Positions 18,106-26,640 of a DNA stretch of 64,000 bases are shown here, one piece after another. Under the pieces are notes generated by a model. The model saw nothing but the letters and a program-made list of their open reading frames with translations. It searched no databases and was not told the origin of the DNA. The stretch is from an uncultured Gemmatimonadales bacterium. Its GTDB lineage: Bacteria > Gemmatimonadota > Gemmatimonadetes > Gemmatimonadales > JACORV01. The position numbers and the translations under genes were made by a program. Location: NCBI GenBank assembly GCA_963806755.1, contig CAWDZR010000034.1, positions 31,223 to 95,222 on the forward strand, written 5' to 3'. Position 1 is the first letter of the stretch, and every line of letters starts with the position of its first letter.

Positions 18106-19122
18106 ATGCACCGAGTGATCGCAGGCACGCTGCTCGCCGCCGTCCTCGCCTTCTCCGCGCGGCCGCCCGCCGCGCCGCAGGAGCCGGCGCCGGCGCCCGT
18201 CCTGCGCACCGTCGCGGACGTCCCCCTGCCCGGCCCGGCCGTCCGGTTCGACTACCAGAGCCTCGACGCGGCCTCGGACCGCCTGTTCATCTCGCACATG
18301 GGCGCCGGCGAGATCGTCGTGTTCAACGTGCGGACCCGGAAGGTGGAGCGCACGATCGGCGGGCTCCCGGGCGTCACCGGCGTCCTCGCGGTCCACGCGC
18401 TCGGCAAGATCTACGCGTCCGTCACGGGCCTGCACCAGGTCGCGGTGATCGACGCCAACACCCTCCGCGTCATCAAGCTCGTCGGCACCATCGAGTTCCC
18501 CGACGGCATCGCCTACGCCCCCGACCAGCGGAAGATCTACGTCTCCGACGAGCTGGGCGGGAAGCTGCTCGTCATCCGCGCCGACAGCGATACGGTCGAG
18601 GGGACGGTGCCCCTCGACGGCGAGGCGGGCAACACCCTGTTCGATCCCGGCTCGCGCTGCATCCTCGTCGCCGTGCAGACGCGCAACCAGGTGTACGTCA
18701 TCGACCCGGGAGGCGAACGGATTCTCGGCCGCTTCGACCTGGCCGGGGCCGAGCGCCCGCACGGGATGGTGATCGACGCGGCGCGGCGCCTGGCCTTCGT
18801 GGCCAACGAGACCGATGCCTCGCTGCTGGTGGTGGACCTCAGGCTGATGAAGGTCACCGACACGATGCGGGTGGGCGCGGACCCGGACGTCCTCGCCTTC
18901 GACCCCCTGTGGCGCCGGCTCTACGTCGCCTCGGAGTCGGGGGTGCTGTCGGTGTTCACGGAGACGCGGACCGGCGTCGTCCACGACGGCGACGTGACCT
19001 TCCCCCACGCGCACACCGTCGCGGTGGATCCGCGCACGCATCTCCTCTACGTCCCGCTCCAGGACGTCGGCGGGCGACCGGTGCTGCGGATCATGGCCGG
19101 CGAGCCGCCGCGCGAGCGCTGA
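18106..19122 (+). CDS. YncE/YVTN-type beta-propeller repeat protein, secreted
   Basis: Signal peptide from MHRVIAGTLLAAVLAF. Carries repeated ~40-residue units of the type ...LYV(S/A)...V.V(I/F)D. Confidence 0.8.
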   Translation: MHRVIAGTLLAAVLAFSARPPAAPQEPAPAPVLRTVADVPLPGPAVRFDYQSLDAASDRLFISHMGAGEIVVFNVRTRKVERTIGGLPGVTGVLAVHALGKIYASVTGLHQVAVIDANTLRVIKLVGTIEFPDGIAYAPDQRKIYVSDELGGKLLVIRADSDTVEGTVPLDGEAGNTLFDPGSRCILVAVQTRNQVYVIDPGGERILGRFDLAGAERPHGMVIDAARRLAFVANETDASLLVVDLRLMKVTDTMRVGADPDVLAFDPLWRRLYVASESGVLSVFTETRTGVVHDGDVTFPHAHTVAVDPRTHLLYVPLQDVGGRPVLRIMAGEPPRER

Positions 19123-19130
19123 AGGCCGGA

Positions 19131-19619
19131 CTACCGCGCCGCGAAATCCGCGGCGGGCAGCACCACCAGCGTGCCGACCATGAACGGCAGGTGCGTCGGC
19201 ACCGAGCAGTCGTAGCGGAAAATGCCGGCGTGCGCCGCGACGTAGCGGGCGGTGACGGTGGATTGGGGCGGCATGCCGACGGCGAGCCCCGGCAGCAGGA
19301 ACGAGTGGGCGTCGTCCTCGGGGTTGACGAGCGTCAGCGCGAGGGTGTCGCCCTCCACCGCGGTGATGCTCCCGGGCTCGAACGCGTACACCTCCTTGCC
19401 CTCGAGCACCCCTCCCGGCGCGAAGTCGCGCACCAGGAACGGATAGACGCGGCGCAGTTCCTTGGTGAGCAGCGGGACCGCGGTGATCGTGACCTCCCGC
19501 GTCCGGGGCTGGTACCGCCCCGTGCCCGCGGCGGGGGACGGCGAGCCGGCACAGCCGGCCGCGACGGCGGACAGCAGCAGCGCCCGCGCGGCGGTGGTCG
19601 CGTTCGGAACGTAGGACAT
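19131..19619 (-). CDS. cupredoxin-like lipoprotein (putative type-1 copper site)
   Basis: Lipobox LSAVAAGC. Candidate ligands are H (DDAHSF) and C-x4-H-x3-M (CSVPTHLPFM). Confidence 0.65.
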   Translation of the reverse strand: MSYVPNATTAARALLLSAVAAGCAGSPSPAAGTGRYQPRTREVTITAVPLLTKELRRVYPFLVRDFAPGGVLEGKEVYAFEPGSITAVEGDTLALTLVNPEDDAHSFLLPGLAVGMPPQSTVTARYVAAHAGIFRYDCSVPTHLPFMVGTLVVLPAADFAAR

Positions 19620-19685
19620 GGTCGGCGCTCGGTTGCGGTGGTCCGGGGAGTCGCGCGGAAACCTACCGGGCGCGCCGGCCCGGGA

Positions 19686-20861
19686 CTAGAGGTGCACCCG
19701 GGCCCAGGCGGGAGGGGCGGGCACGAACCGGGGCTCCGGCGCGGTACGCACCGCGTTGATGCAGGCGTGCGCGATCGCGACCGTGGAGGCGGCCAGTCGC
19801 AGCGGGAACGGCGGCGGCCCCTCCCGGCCGGGCGCCAGCCAGGCCAGGGCCGCGACGAGCGAGGGCAGCAGGACGACCGCGACGACCACCGCCGCCCACG
19901 GCTCCGCCGGCGCGAGCATCGCGAGTCCCACGCCCAGCGCGAGCACCGCCCACGACGACAGCCACCGCCCCAGCTTGTGACCGAGCAGGATGGCGGCGAA
20001 CGCGCCGTAGCGCCGCGGGTTCAGCAGGTGCGGCTTGAGGAGCAGCGTCGCCATGTCCCGCGTGGCGGTCCGCACCGTGCGCCCGTAGTTGTACCGCAGC
20101 GACCGGCTCTCGGCCATCACGCATTCGGCGTCGTCCGCGTACACCGCCCGGTAGCCGCGCTCCCGCGCGGTGAGGATCGGGGCGAAGTCCGGGCTCAGCG
20201 TGGCCGCCACCGGCGCGCGGTACAGCTCGGCGCGCACCGCGTACAGCGTGCGTCGCGCGCTGACCGTGCCGAACACCCGCGTCTCGGCGTCGCGCATCCA
20301 TCGCTCGAAGCGCCGGAACGGCGACTCGCGCGCGGTCACCCGCCCCGTGGCGGGGTCGGCCGCCACCTCGCGCCCGAACGCGACGCCCACCGTGGGGTCG
20401 GCGAACGGGGCCACCAGCGCCGCGAGCGCGGAGGCCCGCAGCCGGGCCGCCGGATGGGCCACCACCACGAGCTCCGAATCCACGTAGCGGCGCGCCAGGT
20501 TCTCCGCCGCCGCCACGCTGCGCCGCGCGCGCAGGACCCGCAGCACCTCCATGCCGCTGGGCGGCAGGGAGGACACCAGTGCGTCGGTGAAGTCGCTCGA
20601 GGCGTTGGAGACCACCAGGATGCGCCGCAGCTCGGGCGGATAGGCCAGCGCGACGAGGTTCTGCAGCACGTCGCGCAGCCAACTCTCCGCGTTGCGCACG
20701 ACGACCACGATGGTGACGGTCGGCCACCGGGAGGCCGCGGCGGGCGGGCGCGCCCGGGGATGGGAACGCGCGCGCATCACCAGCCACGCCGGGTACACCA
20801 CCCAGGTGGCCAGGAGCACGACGGCCGAGCCGCCGATCAGGAGCGCGGGCAACGAGGGCAT
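19686..20861 (-). CDS. family-2 glycosyltransferase with flanking TM segments
   Basis: TIVVVVRNAE...LVALAYP...ILVVSNASSD pattern, with an N-terminal TM helix and several C-terminal ones. Confidence 0.8.
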   Translation of the reverse strand: MPSLPALLIGGSAVVLLATWVVYPAWLVMRARSHPRARPPAAASRWPTVTIVVVVRNAESWLRDVLQNLVALAYPPELRRILVVSNASSDFTDALVSSLPPSGMEVLRVLRARRSVAAAENLARRYVDSELVVVAHPAARLRASALAALVAPFADPTVGVAFGREVAADPATGRVTARESPFRRFERWMRDAETRVFGTVSARRTLYAVRAELYRAPVAATLSPDFAPILTARERGYRAVYADDAECVMAESRSLRYNYGRTVRTATRDMATLLLKPHLLNPRRYGAFAAILLGHKLGRWLSSWAVLALGVGLAMLAPAEPWAAVVVAVVLLPSLVAALAWLAPGREGPPPFPLRLAASTVAIAHACINAVRTAPEPRFVPAPPAWARVHL

Positions 20862-21015
20862 GACGCCTCCGACTCTGGCAGCGTGCGGTGGTCTCTGCGA
20901 GGGAACCCTGATCCAGACCCGCCCGGCGTCTCCGAGGTAACGCGGGAGGGCCGGGGCGCGCGGCGCCGGCGCCGTGGCCGCGCCACGGACCGGGTCGGGC
21001 GACGTCCGGAGCGGC

Positions 21016-22305
21016 TCAGTCCGGGGGGGCGGCCCCCAGGTCGAGCGGCGGCGGCTCGTCCTTCACCAGGTACTCGAACTGGTCGCGGAACTGCTGCAGC
21101 GACAGGTGGCAGGTGGCCGCGAACCGCGCCAGCTCGTGCGGGTCGTCGAAGTCGTCGCGGCGCAGCCGGATCATGTAGCGGCGTGCGATGGCGTAGCGCG
21201 TCGAGTGGATGTCCACCAGCCGCACGCGCGTGCGCCCCGTCTGCGGGTCCAGCATCTGCTTGAAGGGGATCGGCACGAAATGCCCGCCCTGCATCGAGAC
21301 CATCACGCTGCTCCCGCCCGAGAGCAGGTACTTGGCCGCGCAGTAGCCGAGGTCCCGCGTGTACTCCATGTCGTACGGGATCGGGTCGGCGCAGCGCAGC
21401 TCGTAGCCGATGTTCTTGGCCACGACCGTCATCTTGATGCCGAACTCCCTGAGCCGGTCCTGCACCGCCTTCTTGAGGATCTCGCCGATCTCGACCTCGG
21501 CGATGCGCAGGTTGCCGTGCGCGTCGTGCTCGACCCCCTCGATGGCCGACAGGTCCGCCGGGTCCAGTCCCTCGACCAGCCCCTCCGCGATCACCGCCAC
21601 GCCGTGTCGCTGCCCCTCCGCGATCCGCTTGATGATCGCGCCGACCAGCGTGTCCACGATCGCCTTGAACTTCACGTTGCGGAACCCGAACTCCTCGGGG
21701 AGCAGCGTGAGCGTCGCGCCGGCCGACTTCCCGATCCCGAGCGCCAGGTGGCCCGTCTTCCGCCCCATGGTGATGATGAAGTACCACCGCGAGGTGGCGT
21801 GCGCGTCCACCATCAGGTTCTTGACGATCTCGGCCCCGTAGTGCCGCGCGGTCGGGAAGCCGAAGGTGTCGATGTCGCCGGGCAGGTCGAGGTCGTTGTC
21901 GATCGTCTTGGGGACGTGCACCACCTGAATGCGCCCGGCGGACTTCTCCTCCAGCTTCATCGCCGAGTAGGCCGTGTCGTCCCCGCCGATCGTGATGAGC
22001 TGCGAGACGTTCATCCGGAGCAGCGACGTCACCGTGTTCTCGAGCAGCCGGTCGTCCTTCGTCGGGTTGGCGCGCGCGATGCCGATGATGGACCCGCCGC
22101 GGAAGTGGATGCGGCTCACCAGCTCGATCGTGAGCGGCACCACGTGCTCGATGTTGCCTTCCATGATCCACTGGAAGCCGTCCTGGACGCCGACGACATC
22201 CACGCCCTCCAGGACGCACCGGATGGTGGCCGCGCCGATGACGCTGTTGATGCCCGGCGCCGGGCCGCCTCCGACCAGGATCGCCAGCTTCTTGCGCTGA
22301 GTCAT
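21016..22305 (-). CDS. pfp: 6-phosphofructokinase, probably pyrophosphate-dependent
   Basis: Start MTQRKKLAILVGGGPAPGIN, in an ATGA overlap with the upstream gene. GGDDT and PKTIDND replace the GGDGS and GTIDND motifs of ATP-dependent enzymes. Confidence 0.9.
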   Translation of the reverse strand: MTQRKKLAILVGGGPAPGINSVIGAATIRCVLEGVDVVGVQDGFQWIMEGNIEHVVPLTIELVSRIHFRGGSIIGIARANPTKDDRLLENTVTSLLRMNVSQLITIGGDDTAYSAMKLEEKSAGRIQVVHVPKTIDNDLDLPGDIDTFGFPTARHYGAEIVKNLMVDAHATSRWYFIITMGRKTGHLALGIGKSAGATLTLLPEEFGFRNVKFKAIVDTLVGAIIKRIAEGQRHGVAVIAEGLVEGLDPADLSAIEGVEHDAHGNLRIAEVEIGEILKKAVQDRLREFGIKMTVVAKNIGYELRCADPIPYDMEYTRDLGYCAAKYLLSGGSSVMVSMQGGHFVPIPFKQMLDPQTGRTRVRLVDIHSTRYAIARRYMIRLRRDDFDDPHELARFAATCHLSLQQFRDQFEYLVKDEPPPLDLGAAPPD

Positions 22306-23228
22306 GACGTCGTCTCCAGTACCCGATCGATCGCGGCGAGATCGTCCGCCGCCAGCTGCCACTGCGCCGCCGCCACGTTGGCGCGGACCTGCTCGGGGGA
22401 GGACGCCCCCGCGATCACCGACGCCACCACGGGGCGGCTCAGGAGCCACGAGACCGCCAGCTCCAGCACGTCGCGGCCGCGGCCCTCGGCCCACGCGGAC
22501 AGCCGCTCGACCGCCGCCAGGTGCGGCTCCGTCAGGAAGCGCCGCGCCCACTCGGGGTTGGTCGTCAGCCGCGTCCTGGGCGGCGGCGGGGCCCCGCGGA
22601 GGTACTTCCCCGTCAGCAAGCCGCTGGCGAGGGGATAGTACGGCAGGAACGCCAGCCCCTGTCGCTCGCACTCCGCCAGCACTCCTTCCTCGGGCTCGCG
22701 GTGGAGGAGGCTGTACTCGTTCTGCACGCTCACGAACCGCGCCCCCTGGCCGGCGGCCGTCCGCGCCTCCTGCAACTCCCGGGCCGTGAAGTAGGAGCAG
22801 CCGATTTCCCGCACCTTGCCCGCGCGGACCAGCGCGTCGAGGGCGGCGAGCGTGTCGGCCAGCGGCGCGTCGGGGTCCGGGCGGTGCAGCTGGTAGAGGT
22901 CGATGCGGTCGGTCTTGAGGCGCCGCAGGCTCTCCTCGACGGCGCGCCGGATGTACGCGGGGCTCGCGCCCTTGCGGCCGTTGCCCATCTCCATGCCGAA
23001 CTTGGTGGCGATCACGACGCGGTCGCGGTCCGCCGCCAGCAGGCGCCCCAGGTACTCCTCGCTGCGGCCGCGACCGTAGATGTCGGCCGTGTCGAACAGG
23101 GTGACGCCAGACTCGAGCGCGGCGCGCACGACGGCGGCCGAGCCCTTCTCGTCGAGGCGGGTGCCGAAGTTGTTGCACCCGAGCCCCACGAGGGAGACGG
23201 CGAGGGAACCGATGCGGCGGGTTTCCAT
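22302..23228 (-). CDS. aldo/keto reductase
   Basis: Start METRRIGSL at 23228. GLGCNNFG, LFDTADIYG and the C-terminal AKR pattern are present. Confidence 0.9.
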   Translation of the reverse strand: METRRIGSLAVSLVGLGCNNFGTRLDEKGSAAVVRAALESGVTLFDTADIYGRGRSEEYLGRLLAADRDRVVIATKFGMEMGNGRKGASPAYIRRAVEESLRRLKTDRIDLYQLHRPDPDAPLADTLAALDALVRAGKVREIGCSYFTARELQEARTAAGQGARFVSVQNEYSLLHREPEEGVLAECERQGLAFLPYYPLASGLLTGKYLRGAPPPPRTRLTTNPEWARRFLTEPHLAAVERLSAWAEGRGRDVLELAVSWLLSRPVVASVIAGASSPEQVRANVAAAQWQLAADDLAAIDRVLETTS

Positions 23229-23236
23229 CAATCGCG

Positions 23237-24832
23237 CTACCTCGGCAACCGGGGTGCCTGCGCCGGCAGCGCCGGCGGTCCCGGGATCAGTTCCAGCGCC
23301 AGGGCCGCCATGCGATCCACCAGGGCCTCCAGCTGGCGCCGCCGGCTCGCGGCCGTCCGGCTGAAGATCCGGCGCGCGCCCAGGTACACCGTGGCGAGCC
23401 ACGCCGGCACGATGAGCACCATCCCGACGGGACCGGCGAGCGCCCCACCGAGGGGCAGGACGAGGCCCAACCCTCCGCCTCCCACGCCACCGCCCACGCC
23501 GCCAAAGATACCCCCGATCAGGTTCCCGAGACTCTCGTGCACGGTGATCCGCGTCCGGCCGCCGCGGACCGAGACGGCGATTTCAAGCCCGCGCGTCGAG
23601 CCGGCGGAGCGCACGCCCGTCCACGAGAACGATCGGCCGAGCTGGGTGACCTGCCCCGGGTGATTGAGGAGCGCCCGGATCTCCTCGAGCATGACGGGGA
23701 ACTCGGAATCGGGCAGCTCGCCCTCGACCACGCGCTCGTACGCCAGCCGGGTCGGGCCGCCGATCCACGGGTTGTCGGTCGCGGCGGCCGCCGCCGCGAG
23801 CCCGCCCGAGGTCGCGGGCAGCGCGAGCCCGCGGGCGGCCTCGCGCACCGTCTCGGGCGCGATGCCGACCTCGGCCGCGAGCGCCTCGACGCCTCCCACC
23901 GTCAGCGCCCCGTCGGCCGTGGGCCGCGAGGCCTCGATCTCGGACGCGCGCCGCACGATCTCCCGCACTTCCTCGTCGCGGTAACGCCGCCGCGGCTCCG
24001 CCGCCCCGGTCAGCTCGCCCATCAGCGCGTCGGGCGTGGCGGTGCGCCGCTCGTGGCGGATCGCCATCCCCCGCACCAGCGCCCCCTCCAGGCGGCTCCC
24101 GACCTGCGCCAGGCGCGCCCGGTGCGCCGGCGGCGCCTCGAGAAACCGCCCGCTCTCGACGGCCCCTTCCGTCGGCCACCGGCCCGGAATTTCGCCCACC
24201 AGCATCTCGTAGATCACGACCGCCAGGCTGTAGACGTCGGTGCGCTCGTCGAGATCCGTGAGCCCGGCCGCCTGCTCCGGGCTCATGTACCCCGGGGTGC
24301 CGAGCGGGAAGCCGGTGCGGGTGAGGTTCCCGCCGCCCGCAGTCACGATCGCCTTCGCGATGCCGAAATCCGCGACGATCGGGTGGCCCTGCGAAAACAG
24401 GATGTTCTCCGGCTTGATGTCGCGGTGGAAGACACCCATGCGGTGCGCGTACGCGAGCGCGTCGGCCACCGGGGCCGCGAGGGCGAGCGCCGCGCCGGGC
24501 TCGAGGCGTCGCTCCACCTCGAGGCGCGAGCGCAGCGAGCCGCCCTCGATGAACGGCATCACGTAGAACAGGAAGCCGCCCGCCTCGCCGGAGTCGTGCA
24601 GGGCGAGGATGTGCGGATGGGTCAGCCGCGCCGCGATCTCGATCTCGCGCAGGAAGCGGTCGGCGCCGAGCGAGGCCGCGAGGTCGGGGCGCAGTACCTT
24701 GAGCGCCACCGGGCGGTGGTGCTTGCGGTCGTCGGCGAGGTACACCGTCGCCATCCCGCCCCGCCCCAGGATGCGGCTGAGGGCGTACCGCTCGGCGAGG
24801 GCGGCCTGAAGATCGGCGGGAACGTCGGTCAC
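23237..24832 (-). CDS. Ser/Thr protein kinase with a C-terminal unknown domain and a Gly-rich TM segment
   Basis: GTG start at 24832 (VTDVPADL). Kinase motifs GRGGMATVY, VALKVL, HRDIKPENIL, DFG and GTPGYMSPE are all present. The C-terminus is GGIFGGVGGGVGGGGLGLVLPLGG. Confidence 0.85.
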   Translation of the reverse strand: MTDVPADLQAALAERYALSRILGRGGMATVYLADDRKHHRPVALKVLRPDLAASLGADRFLREIEIAARLTHPHILALHDSGEAGGFLFYVMPFIEGGSLRSRLEVERRLEPGAALALAAPVADALAYAHRMGVFHRDIKPENILFSQGHPIVADFGIAKAIVTAGGGNLTRTGFPLGTPGYMSPEQAAGLTDLDERTDVYSLAVVIYEMLVGEIPGRWPTEGAVESGRFLEAPPAHRARLAQVGSRLEGALVRGMAIRHERRTATPDALMGELTGAAEPRRRYRDEEVREIVRRASEIEASRPTADGALTVGGVEALAAEVGIAPETVREAARGLALPATSGGLAAAAAATDNPWIGGPTRLAYERVVEGELPDSEFPVMLEEIRALLNHPGQVTQLGRSFSWTGVRSAGSTRGLEIAVSVRGGRTRITVHESLGNLIGGIFGGVGGGVGGGGLGLVLPLGGALAGPVGMVLIVPAWLATVYLGARRIFSRTAASRRRQLEALVDRMAALALELIPGPPALPAQAPRLPR

Positions 24833-24944
24833 GGGCAGGAATACTACTGCCACCGGCCAGCGCCGTAAAACGCGGCCGGCGGACCGCCTGCGTCGCCCGC
24901 CCGGCACGCCGGACGCGCGATCCGCGCGCCCCGGACCTCGCCGC

Positions 24945-25571
24945 CTAGCTTCCCGCGGCGACCTCCAGCAGCGCGGGCGCATGCAGGAGACCCTGGTCGT
25001 CGCCGATGATCATGACGCCCGGGAAGGCGCCGTGATGCACGATCGCCCCCGCCGGCACCGCGGCCGCCGGCAGCCGGAACGGCTCGACCACGCGGAACGA
25101 CTCGCCGGGGCCCAGCTCGTCAGGCAGCTCGTGTGCCGTCAGCGCCGCCGCGCACGGCCGGTAGCGGCGCCCCGCGCCGTCCTCGAGCACGGCGACGGCA
25201 TCGCGCGCGCGCTGCCGCACCCGCTTGGCGTCGCTCGAGACTTCGAGCGTCACCGCCCACTGCCGCGTGCCGGCCTCCGCACCGCACACGGCGTGCGCCG
25301 AGTCCAACGCTCGAGCATCGAGCCCCGCGACGCACCAGTCGTCGAAGCACCGCCGCACCCCGGGGGCCAGGACGCGACGCGGCGTCGCGAGCCCCGTGGC
25401 GCCGAGCACGAGCACGTAGCAGCCCACGAACACGCCGAGCCCTCGCGCCGTGGCCCGCACCCGCCCCCACCGCCCGAGTCCCGCGCACACCAGCATCCAC
25501 ACCAGCGCACCAAGCGCCGCCAGCACCGACCCCAGCATCGCCAGGGTTCCCAGCACGTCCACCCACGTCAT
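24945..25571 (-). CDS. hypothetical membrane protein (2 N-terminal TM helices plus a soluble domain)
   Basis: High GC3 throughout. An AT-richer putative promoter island lies immediately upstream (25575-25620). Confidence 0.65.
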   Translation of the reverse strand: MTWVDVLGTLAMLGSVLAALGALVWMLVCAGLGRWGRVRATARGLGVFVGCYVLVLGATGLATPRRVLAPGVRRCFDDWCVAGLDARALDSAHAVCGAEAGTRQWAVTLEVSSDAKRVRQRARDAVAVLEDGAGRRYRPCAAALTAHELPDELGPGESFRVVEPFRLPAAAVPAGAIVHHGAFPGVMIIGDDQGLLHAPALLEVAAGS

Positions 25572-25720
25572 GGCCGCCGCCTTTAATTTACGATGACAAG
25601 TACTTTATAGCTCAAAGTCAATCCCCACAAGATGGCCCCGGTGCCCGCCGCCCCTCCCCGAACGCACGACGGGCGGCCCGTGCGGGGCCGCCCGTGAGCG
25701 CGTCGGAAGCGGCGCTGGTG

Positions 25721-26554
25721 CTAGAAGCTGCCCAGCACCGACGTCGAGTCCGAGTTGGACATCGCGACCAGCGTCTGGGTGTAGGCGTTGCCGCTGTAAC
25801 TGACGAGGTACTTCACCACCCCGCCGGGCACGTTGTCGGCCTGCCACCACTCGTAGTTGCCGCCACCCATCATCGTGTACTTGATGTGCTTGGCGGAGAA
25901 CGTCCCGGCCGGCGTCGTCACCGATTCCGTGCCGACGGTCGCGGCGCTCAGGCTCTCCTGCGTCAGATAGGTGGGTTCCCGCCACGAGAAGCCGCTGCTC
26001 GTGTTCTGTTCGACGGGGATCTCGCCCGCTTCCTGGCCGCTGGTCTTGCCGCGCATCCGCAGCACCTGCGAGCGGTCGGCGCTGAACATGGCCTCGAAGA
26101 TCACCGTGTCAGGCTTGTCCGTGAGGTTGTACCACTCGACGCGCCACCACTGCTTGCCGTCGGGCATGGTCTTGAGGAAGGCGCGCTCCATCCGCTGCGT
26201 GTTGCCGTTCGAGGCGAACTCGAAGGTCACGGACTGCCCGGGCTTGAGGTCGGAGTTGGGGAGCCAGTAGCCGCCGGAGTTGAAGGCGAGCGTGAACATC
26301 CAGTTGGCGTAGTACGTCATCATCTGGGCCGACTGCGGGCCCGACATCCCGGCCCCGCCCGCGCCCCCGCCCGCCGGCGCGCCCGGCACCGCGGGGCCGT
26401 GGAACTGGCCCGCGACGGCCGCGCCCGCGGCGTTGGAGACGCCGGTGTTCAGGCCGCCCATCGCGCCACCCATGGCGCTGCGGACGGTCGAGCAGCCGGC
26501 CAGCGACAGCGCTACCGCGCCGTAGAGGAGAGTTCTGCCTGCGCGCATGCTCAT
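25721..26554 (-). CDS. hypothetical lipoprotein
   Basis: ATG at 26554 follows AGGAG. Lipobox LSLAGC, then a Gly/Ala-rich linker and a beta-rich domain. Confidence 0.7.
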   Translation of the reverse strand: MSMRAGRTLLYGAVALSLAGCSTVRSAMGGAMGGLNTGVSNAAGAAVAGQFHGPAVPGAPAGGGAGGAGMSGPQSAQMMTYYANWMFTLAFNSGGYWLPNSDLKPGQSVTFEFASNGNTQRMERAFLKTMPDGKQWWRVEWYNLTDKPDTVIFEAMFSADRSQVLRMRGKTSGQEAGEIPVEQNTSSGFSWREPTYLTQESLSAATVGTESVTTPAGTFSAKHIKYTMMGGGNYEWWQADNVPGGVVKYLVSYSGNAYTQTLVAMSNSDSTSVLGSF

Positions 26555-26640
26555 CGGTAGGAACTCCTGGATAGTGGACTCGGGCACCATGCTACCGCCG
26601 GGCTACCAATTTATCGCGCTCCGGACCAACGCGCGAGCAG

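Noticed and set aside
18018-21263. 1081-aa plus-strand ORF
   Set aside because: It runs across three independently supported genes (the beta-propeller on the plus strand, cupredoxin and GT2 on the minus strand). It is Arg/Pro/Gly-rich throughout.
22306-23178. In-frame extension of the phosphofructokinase ORF to 720 aa
   Set aside because: It overlaps the aldo/keto reductase gene in another frame. The PFK N-terminal GGGPAPGIN motif follows the ATG at 22305 directly.
25670-25694. Hairpin CGGGCGGCCC-gtgcg-GGGCCGCCCG as an intrinsic terminator of the lipoprotein gene
   Set aside because: The stem is real, but no U-tract follows it on the transcribed strand. I did not list it as a feature.
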